Assembly (NCBI GenBank): GCA_028714495.1
Contig: JAQTMH010000003.1
Coordinates: forward strand, 8,496-72,495
Direction: 5' to 3'
From: Patescibacteria group bacterium
GTDB taxonomy: Bacteria > Patescibacteriota > Patescibacteriia > JAHIZJ01
DNA length: 64,000 nucleotides
Shown one piece after another: positions 56,288-64,000 of this stretch; within the stretch, counting starts at the first letter, position 1; the number at the start of each line of letters is the position of its first letter. The notes beneath the pieces are model-generated. The model searched no databases, had not been told where the DNA came from, and was given only the letters and a program-made list of their open reading frames with translations. The translations under genes and the position numbers were made by a program.

Positions 56288-57535
56288 TTATCCCTCCTGA
56301 GGTTCAAGTTCAGCCAGGTTTCCCGTCATCAGGGCTGAGGCGCGTTTCAATTCCTCGCGGAAATATCCGGGATCACCGACTGTCCCCTTTCCCCAACAAT
56401 CAAGCGCTGCTTCGGTAATAACCAATACCTCAGACCTGATTTGCCGGCTAAAGCCTGACTCGTCAATTGACCTGACAATCTGGGTAGCCGCGTAAAGGTC
56501 TCGCTTGATGGCTTCATAGGCAATGCGTTTCCATCCTCCCAAAATGGATATAAGCAGCCGGTAGATCACACGTTCAACTAGAATCTGGGCTTGCTTGATC
56601 CGGGCTGACATCAAGGCGCGGGTGATCAAAGAGCGGAACTCACGCCACTCCCCAGAAGCCAAACAGGCAGCTGCGCTTCGAAGCTCCCTGGCGCAGTAGC
56701 GGGCATTGACCACATAGGGATAGTAATCAATCCCATCCAAGCGCTGGGCCATTTCCCAGAGATGGCCTTGGAGGCGACGAACATCAATTCGGCTCATCCC
56801 TCGCAAGGCTCTCGGCCTCAACGACTTGTCGCAGAGATCAATCAGATCTCCGAAAATCCACTCAGCCCACTGAATCAGATTGATGAAGACCTGGCGTCGC
56901 ATGACCACAATCGGCTCAACCCGCATAATCGCCTCGAGCAGCCGTTCATCAGTGAGTTCAACGGTCCTTAGTGCTTCGACTATGAGGGCACCGGGATTTG
57001 CTCGACCGAGCGAATCCTCCGCCCGCTCAAGTTTCGCAAGAATCCGCTGAATTTCCCGCTTAGGTAGAGATCTGGGTTTGGTCATACCAGGTTGTTCCAG
57101 GATCTCCCGAATCAGTGGCTGGAGACTGGCCCGCACTTCTTCAACATTATGCTGTCTCAAACCAACCACCGCTGAATTGATGCGCTGGCCTAAGGTCCGG
57201 GCCTCCAAGACCACGCTTTTTTCACCCTGCTTCAGTGTCAGACCGTACTGATGACACACGATCACCTGCTGACGAAGAGCCTTGTACGCGCCACCAACAA
57301 CCTGGCACCTCAAGTCAGTCGGTTCCCAGCGATAACGCTGGCGACGACCAACTGGCAATTGGCTCAAAACATCTTCCCAGCGCGGCACCAGAAGGCAACC
57401 AGCCAAGTCAATTGGTTCGGTTGCCACTCCGATATCCGTGCCGAAGAGATTAACCCGAGCTTGGACCACACCTGGACGGTCGTCTGCGCCATAAACCCTC
57501 ACTTCTTCAATCCGTCTGCTGCCAATCGGCTTCAT
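56288..57535 (-). CDS. Hypothetical helical protein
   Basis: 415-aa ORF with SD and an upstream TTGACT-17-TAAGAT promoter. Confidence 0.7.
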   Translation of the reverse strand: MKPIGSRRIEEVRVYGADDRPGVVQARVNLFGTDIGVATEPIDLAGCLLVPRWEDVLSQLPVGRRQRYRWEPTDLRCQVVGGAYKALRQQVIVCHQYGLTLKQGEKSVVLEARTLGQRINSAVVGLRQHNVEEVRASLQPLIREILEQPGMTKPRSLPKREIQRILAKLERAEDSLGRANPGALIVEALRTVELTDERLLEAIMRVEPIVVMRRQVFINLIQWAEWIFGDLIDLCDKSLRPRALRGMSRIDVRRLQGHLWEMAQRLDGIDYYPYVVNARYCARELRSAAACLASGEWREFRSLITRALMSARIKQAQILVERVIYRLLISILGGWKRIAYEAIKRDLYAATQIVRSIDESGFSRQIRSEVLVITEAALDCWGKGTVGDPGYFREELKRASALMTGNLAELEPQEG

Positions 57536-57670
57536 CTAACTCCCCTCCTCTTTATAGATTGTAAGGTGCAATTCAGAAGTCAATCTTAATTAATATGTTG
57601 CCAAAAGTCAATAAAAAAGACCAGCATTGTTACTACTGGTCGCTGAAAGTGCTTTGGCTGTTCTCAGCCA

Positions 57671-58114
57671 TTAGAACCGGCCCCGCTCACCCAAGGTTCG
57701 TATTTCTAATGACGAGGAAGTAATCTCGGGCAGTGGTTCGGGTCCCTGAATGGCAAACCCGCCTACTACCTTTACCAGAAAACTTCCGCTATCAACAAGA
57801 AATCCGTCGTTCTGGATTCTCCTCTCGCTGATGTGGGTGATTCGTCCGCTTGGCAATTGCACAGCCAGTTCGTTAGTCAATCCCGCCTCATCTGTTGTTT
57901 GGTACTTGGCCAAGACCAGGACCGTCTCGCCCAGTCGAGCTTCAAACCGATAGCGATTGATAGCCAGACAAATACCGGTGGCCGACGCGCTGACTGTCAA
58001 AACCAGCTCAAGAATTACAAACCAGAACTGTTTCTGATCCGGCTCAAACCAGGTGTTGATACAGATGAAAGCAACTGTGGTGATCAAGCCCCAGATTACT
58101 ATCTTCCAGTTCAT
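57671..58114 (-). CDS. Hypothetical 2-TM protein
   Basis: GGAGG SD before ATG 58114. Confidence 0.6.
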   Translation of the reverse strand: MNWKIVIWGLITTVAFICINTWFEPDQKQFWFVILELVLTVSASATGICLAINRYRFEARLGETVLVLAKYQTTDEAGLTNELAVQLPSGRITHISERRIQNDGFLVDSGSFLVKVVGGFAIQGPEPLPEITSSSLEIRTLGERGRF

Positions 58115-58238
58115 CTTTCTGCCCTCCAGTTTTATTCCCAAAGAACAAACGCAACCCCCAGTATTATCCAAAAAGAATAATTGTCAAGCGCTTAAAATTA
58201 AAACAACCATAAGTTGTTTTAATTTATAGATTAATAAT

Positions 58239-60989
58239 CTATAATCTCTCTGCCTTCTCTACCCGAATGACACCGCCCGGTTCAAGCACTGCCACGTCGC
58301 GCCTGGTAAGCTTGCCCTGGAGCAAATGATTAGCCAAGGCGTTATCAACCTTGTTCTGAATCACTCGGCGGAGCGGCCTGGCGCCAAAAGCCGGGTCATA
58401 CCCTTCCTGGACCAATTCAGCAATCGCTTCAGGCGTGGCTTTGAGCGAAATCCCCTTTTCTTCCAGTCGGCCGGCTACTTTGCCTAGCAACAATTCAGCC
58501 ACTTGATATAGCTCTTCTTGGGCTAACGGCCGAAAGACCATTATTCCGTCAAAACGGTTTAGAAATTCCGGTCGAAAATACTTGCTCAATTCAGTATTGA
58601 TAAGTTCGTCGCGTATCTCCATAATCGGTTTATTCTCTCTGACCCGTTGCTGGATCAACGGCGTGCCGGCATTTGAAGTCGCAATCAGAATTATATTTGT
58701 GAAGTCTATAGTCCGGCCAAGCGAATCAGTCAGCCGGCCGTCATCCATTACCTGAAGAAAGACGTTTAAAATATCAGGGTGGGCTTTTTCGATTTCATCC
58801 AGCAGCAGCAGGGAAAAAGGCTGTCGTCGGACCGCTTCGGTGAGATAGCCACCCTCTTCGCCCTTAGTCAGGCCCGGCGGCGCGCCGATTAAGCGGTCAA
58901 TGCTTTTGCTTTCCTGATACTCAGACATATCAACCCGGATCATCGCTTCTTCAGAACCGAAATATACTTCAGCCACGGTTTTGGCCAATTCGGTTTTACC
59001 TACGCCAGTCGGCCCCAGAAAAAGCAAATTGACAATCGGCCGTTTCAAATCTCTCAGTTCAGCGCGCGCCCGGCGCAATGATTCAGCCACCATTTTGACT
59101 GCCTCGTCTTGGCCGACCAACCGCCCGTGAATCCGTTCTTCGAGATGAAGCAGTTTCTGGCTCTCCTTTTCCGTCACCTTGGTCACCGGCACGCCGACTT
59201 TGGCTGAAACCACCTGGGCGACATCTTCGCTAGTGACTATCTTGCGCTTGCCTCGTGTACGCCGAACATAGGCGCCCACTTCTTCCATGAACTGAGTCGC
59301 CTTTTCCGGCAAATATCGTTCGTGGATAAAACGCTGGCTGAACTTTACTATGGCCGCGATCGCGTCATAAGAAAAATAAACTTGCTGCTGGTATTCCACT
59401 ACGCCGGCCTTTGCCTCCAGTACCAGGATCGTCTGGTTTTCGTCCATTTCCTCCACTGGAATTCGGCGCAGGCACGCGCCCAGCGCGCCAGTCTCAACAT
59501 AGCGGCGATATTCGATTGGGTTTGACGTGGCGATGACAATGAAAGATTTTTTATTGACATACTCTGTAAAAACCTCGGACAAATCAAGACCCTCGCCCCG
59601 CTCGGTCGTCACGCCAACCATATTATGAATATCCTGGACGACCAAGATAATATTCCCCGAACGAATTACGTCAGCTAAAATTCCCAGCAAGCGTTGCTCC
59701 AATTCCCCGGGCGCGCTGGCCCCGGCGATTAATGAACTTAAACTAAGGCTGACCAATCTCTTGTCGCGGAAAAGCTCCGGAACGTCTTCAGTGACCATGC
59801 GTTCAGCCAGGCCGGCGATAATTGTGCGACGGCCTACCCCGGGATTGCCGATCAAAACGACTCCATTTGATTCTGATTCAACCGCCCGGTAGATTGACTC
59901 GATTTCTTGTTCCCGGTTAACGCAGTATGGCAGATATCCGGCCTTAGCCAGCTGGGTCAAATCAGTGCTGAAACGGTCGAGAAAAGGCGTGGCTACGGCT
60001 GTCATTGCCCGGTTCATATTGCCCTTTGGTTTAAATCTGGCTTGGCTGCGATAATGGCTCATATTTCGCCGTAAAGCCGACTGAATGTTAATCCAGATCA
60101 CAACGTTTCTGAGTTCTTCCAGCTCGATATCTAAATCGTATAGCACTGCTTGAGCCTCGCGTCCGGTTTTCATCATCGCGGTCAGTAAATCCGGTATCTC
60201 AACGGCTTTTGACCGGCGACGATAGGCTTCCTCGTAGGCGCCGAAGAGAAGCTGGTAAAATCCTTGGGACAAAGGAGGGCTGCCCCCGCTTGCGCCGTTC
60301 TTGGCCTTTAGGGTACGATTGACTTTGTCCGACAAAACCTTCATCGTCACGCCCAGTCTGGCAAAAACCAGCTGGACATCCTTGTGCCGGCAAATGACCG
60401 ACAGCAAATGCAGCGGTTCGACGGCCGGATGTTTTAACGCGTGCCCCAGATTAACCGCCCGCTCTATGGCTTTCAATGACTCGCGCGTAAAAAAGTGCGA
60501 GACGTCAATCCATTGCCGCTGGGGTATCCCGGCAATTACCGAGAAATCCACCCGGGCCAGCTGACTCGGCGCCGGCGGGGCTCGCCTGATTATTTTCTGC
60601 TTCTGTGATTCCCAGGACAAGCGGAAAAATACATATTCAAAAACCAACACCGCCACCCAGAACAGGAAAAATTCCGGCGCCCGCGTCTCCCAAATCGTTT
60701 CCAGAGAAACATCGCCGGACCAAACCTGGGAGAGCTTCCAAAAACCCAGGAGCAGGCCAAAAGCTCCAAAGATTATCAAAATCGAGAGATATACTTTTTG
60801 GCTGAATTCTTTTAATCTGGTCAGCCAAAGGCTAAATTCGTTAATGGGCCTCTTCCAATAAATCACCTGTCCGTTGAACCAGCCCAAAAGACTGCCTGCT
60901 TGTTCGGCCTTTTTATTCCCTCGGTTGCCGGCTGGGCCAGACCAGGGAAAATATTGGATTGGAGGAATTGTGATATTTGGTCCTGGCAT
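58239..60989 (-). CDS. ClpA/ClpB-family AAA+ ATPase with N-terminal TM segments
   Basis: Clp-N repeats, degenerate NBD1 (GNPGVGRRT), intact NBD2 (GPTGVGKT, DEIEKA, GARPLRR). Confidence 0.9.
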   Translation of the reverse strand: MPGPNITIPPIQYFPWSGPAGNRGNKKAEQAGSLLGWFNGQVIYWKRPINEFSLWLTRLKEFSQKVYLSILIIFGAFGLLLGFWKLSQVWSGDVSLETIWETRAPEFFLFWVAVLVFEYVFFRLSWESQKQKIIRRAPPAPSQLARVDFSVIAGIPQRQWIDVSHFFTRESLKAIERAVNLGHALKHPAVEPLHLLSVICRHKDVQLVFARLGVTMKVLSDKVNRTLKAKNGASGGSPPLSQGFYQLLFGAYEEAYRRRSKAVEIPDLLTAMMKTGREAQAVLYDLDIELEELRNVVIWINIQSALRRNMSHYRSQARFKPKGNMNRAMTAVATPFLDRFSTDLTQLAKAGYLPYCVNREQEIESIYRAVESESNGVVLIGNPGVGRRTIIAGLAERMVTEDVPELFRDKRLVSLSLSSLIAGASAPGELEQRLLGILADVIRSGNIILVVQDIHNMVGVTTERGEGLDLSEVFTEYVNKKSFIVIATSNPIEYRRYVETGALGACLRRIPVEEMDENQTILVLEAKAGVVEYQQQVYFSYDAIAAIVKFSQRFIHERYLPEKATQFMEEVGAYVRRTRGKRKIVTSEDVAQVVSAKVGVPVTKVTEKESQKLLHLEERIHGRLVGQDEAVKMVAESLRRARAELRDLKRPIVNLLFLGPTGVGKTELAKTVAEVYFGSEEAMIRVDMSEYQESKSIDRLIGAPPGLTKGEEGGYLTEAVRRQPFSLLLLDEIEKAHPDILNVFLQVMDDGRLTDSLGRTIDFTNIILIATSNAGTPLIQQRVRENKPIMEIRDELINTELSKYFRPEFLNRFDGIMVFRPLAQEELYQVAELLLGKVAGRLEEKGISLKATPEAIAELVQEGYDPAFGARPLRRVIQNKVDNALANHLLQGKLTRRDVAVLEPGGVIRVEKAERL

Positions 60990-60991
60990 AT

Positions 60992-61357
60992 TTACAAGCC
61001 CTGGCTATTAAGAAAAACTATATAGATAGTGGCTGGCAATAGAACCAGCCAACCGACCAATAACAAAAGATTGGCTAAAGTAACTAGAGCCAACACTGCC
61101 AACATCACTAAGAGGTGGACAAACCTGACAACCAAACTTATTGCCCGGCCGCTCTTCGTGTAGTCGGCGTACATCGGTTTGAAGAAATACCTGAAAAGAA
61201 TACCGATGGCGAGCGCTTTTTCCGCGTTCGAAATATTTCTGAAAATCAAACCAGCCGCCTGTTTGGTGCCGCGGGTATACCACCAAATCGGGAAGTAAAT
61301 AATGCTTCCCAAGATATCCACTACCACAAATTTGACTGCGGAGAGTATAAAAACCAT
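60992..61357 (-). CDS. Small membrane protein upstream of the Clp ATPase
   Basis: FPIWWY...FKPMYADY...GR plus TM. Confidence 0.75.
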   Translation of the reverse strand: MVFILSAVKFVVVDILGSIIYFPIWWYTRGTKQAAGLIFRNISNAEKALAIGILFRYFFKPMYADYTKSGRAISLVVRFVHLLVMLAVLALVTLANLLLLVGWLVLLPATIYIVFLNSQGL

Positions 61358-61549
61358 GGATTTTTTCTTTGGCTGTTTTAATTATATCATTTTTTTAGAA
61401 TTTTGGCAAGGAGATTGAAACAAAAAAAGAAGGAGCGGATTCTCTCGGATTACAGCGCTGAACAGGTGTTCATGCGCCTCATCGCTTGAGAGTTTCCGCC
61501 CCAGGGCTTGGCTTGGCATTTTGGCATTGGCAAGGATCAGTGAACTTGG

Positions 61550-62047
61550 TTACTGGCCAGCAACTGCTGACTCAGTATGCTCAGGCTTCTTGTCCCACCA
61601 CTCGGTCGGCTCCTCGTCGCCCCGCCGGATCCGGCAGTACAGGTCATACGCGCTGGCGAAGTTCGTGCCAGACACATTGATCCGCCAGACCGGGTAACTG
61701 TCCGTGGCTGGATTGCCATCAATGAACGAGTCGACCATTGCCGTCGATTGCCCTCGCTCATAGCGACCACGCCACGGCTTGATCGCCTGGTCATCCAGAT
61801 AGGCGTGCTCCTCGATCTCCACTCGGATCGGCGTGATTCCGTAGAGATCCAGCCAACCCTGGACTTGTGCGGCTTCTGGGTTGTCGAAGTCATACCTCCA
61901 GACATCCGGTTCGCCGACGCATGAGCTGAAACTTCCAGCTCTCGTTTTCCAGCTGGCTGCTGCATTGGTTCCATCGTGGAATGGTTCCTTGGTACTCACC
62001 CGAGCAGCCACCAGACCGTCCGCACCGAAATACAAACGAACGAACAT
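61550..62047 (-). CDS. Hypothetical protein
   Basis: GAGGAGG SD before ATG 62047; TTGACA-17-TAGTAT upstream. Confidence 0.6.
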   Translation of the reverse strand: MFVRLYFGADGLVAARVSTKEPFHDGTNAAASWKTRAGSFSSCVGEPDVWRYDFDNPEAAQVQGWLDLYGITPIRVEIEEHAYLDDQAIKPWRGRYERGQSTAMVDSFIDGNPATDSYPVWRINVSGTNFASAYDLYCRIRRGDEEPTEWWDKKPEHTESAVAGQ

Positions 62048-62209
62048 GGCTTTCTTCCTCCTCTCATCTCTCTCCAGTTTCGCTCCAGTGCCAGAATTCC
62101 TGTCTGCCAATTTGCCGCCAAGCCAAAAACAACAACCAGGTATACTATCAGAATATTATTATTTTGTCAATAGTCTATAAAAAAGGCTCACTTACGCAGT
62201 GAGCTTGCC

Positions 62210-62473
62210 CTACACAGTATGTGCTAGGCTTATATCATCAGACGGATTGTCCACTTCACAGCAAAGCTTGAGCAGATAGCCGATGAGGGCTCCAAAAACA
62301 ATGAACGCAATCAGGGCCACCCACCATTTGCCCAGCCAGAAGTTGATCGCTGAATGGCCGGTAAGGTTCGGAATCGATGCGATGAGTGTCACGGGAAGTC
62401 CGACTATCCAAACAACCAGCACGACAAAAGACAGGACCAACAAACCCAGGTAGCCACGTTCGATGACGACCAT
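62210..62473 (-). CDS. Small 2-TM hypothetical protein
   Basis: SD GAGGAGG; upstream TTGACA. Confidence 0.55.
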   Translation of the reverse strand: MVVIERGYLGLLVLSFVVLVVWIVGLPVTLIASIPNLTGHSAINFWLGKWWVALIAFIVFGALIGYLLKLCCEVDNPSDDISLAHTV

Positions 62474-62593
62474 ATTCCCCTCCTCGTGGAAAGAGCTAGA
62501 CTCGATTATTCAACGCTGGTAAATTATCAAAGTAATAATAAGATGTCAAATAAAAAGCCGCCCTGGTTAGAGTCGGCAAGTGGATTGATTAGT

Positions 62594-63709
<1,116 letters not shown>

Positions 63710-63815
63710 TCAATTAACCTTTTAGTTAAAAGGTTTATAATCTTAAAACCAACTACTCATCCAATAAATCAATCAACTAATTAACTAATAATCTAATCAA
63801 CTAATTAATTACTCC

Positions 63816-64000
63816 CTAATCCCCCCGCCCAATCACCTTGCCTTTTCCCCGGCCAGTTTCATCATCGCTCAGAGACGTGCTCTTGGCGTCAACCGTGGCT
63901 TCGATTATGTCATTGACAAAACTGTCCGTGGCAGATAAAACTGTTATGTCGATCAACAAAACATAATCATTGAGCTGCTCGCGGGTCGGCACTAGGCTGA
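63816..64000 (-). CDS. 3' end of an unidentified gene (runs off window)
   Basis: Open frame ...SLVPTREQLNDYVLLID...GKGKVIGRGD*. Confidence 0.45.
   Translation of the reverse strand, partial: SLVPTREQLNDYVLLIDITVLSATDSFVNDIIEATVDAKSTSLSDDETGRGKGKVIGRGD

Noticed and set aside
63755-63810. AACTAAT/AATC short repeats (similar AT-rich tracts at 1315-1400 and 33230-33316) as CRISPR or iterons
   Set aside because: Degenerate low-complexity repeats without spacers; no cas or rep genes

Overview
The window looks like a chromosomal segment from a Patescibacteria (CPR)-like bacterium using genetic code 11, with almost all genes on the minus strand. The lineage is inferred from the gene set and AT-rich, SD-less core leaders. 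Housekeeping content: gatB (partial), a dTTP gene set (tmk, tdk, thyX, dut, dCMP deaminase), rplA/rplK/nusG/secE, gyrB, pheS/pheT, a UvrD-nuclease fusion, a full F1Fo ATP synthase operon, rmuC, tatD, metG, rsmI, glyQS, a membrane-anchored Clp ATPase and tgt. Accessory content: heliorhodopsin, a CarS-like/CDP-alcohol transferase pair, an AT-rich type III restriction-modification island with a HEPN-like gene between mod and res, and two REP-associated tyrosine transposases. The strongest candidates for undescribed biology are: (1) a ~900-nt, promoter- and terminator-bounded, densely base-paired + strand region with no credible ORF (30176-31075), proposed as a large ornate ncRNA; (2) three paralogous phospho-His swivel-domain proteins lacking a donor domain, inside the thymidylate operon, with one gene pair bracketed by a 107-bp direct repeat and a TrpR-like gene flanked by matching palindromes; (3) a ~205-nt structured RNA (3825-4029, minus); and (4) REP-like 27-38-bp hairpins that appear to be precise insertions. 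All calls come from reading the sequence by eye; no database search or folding computation was run.
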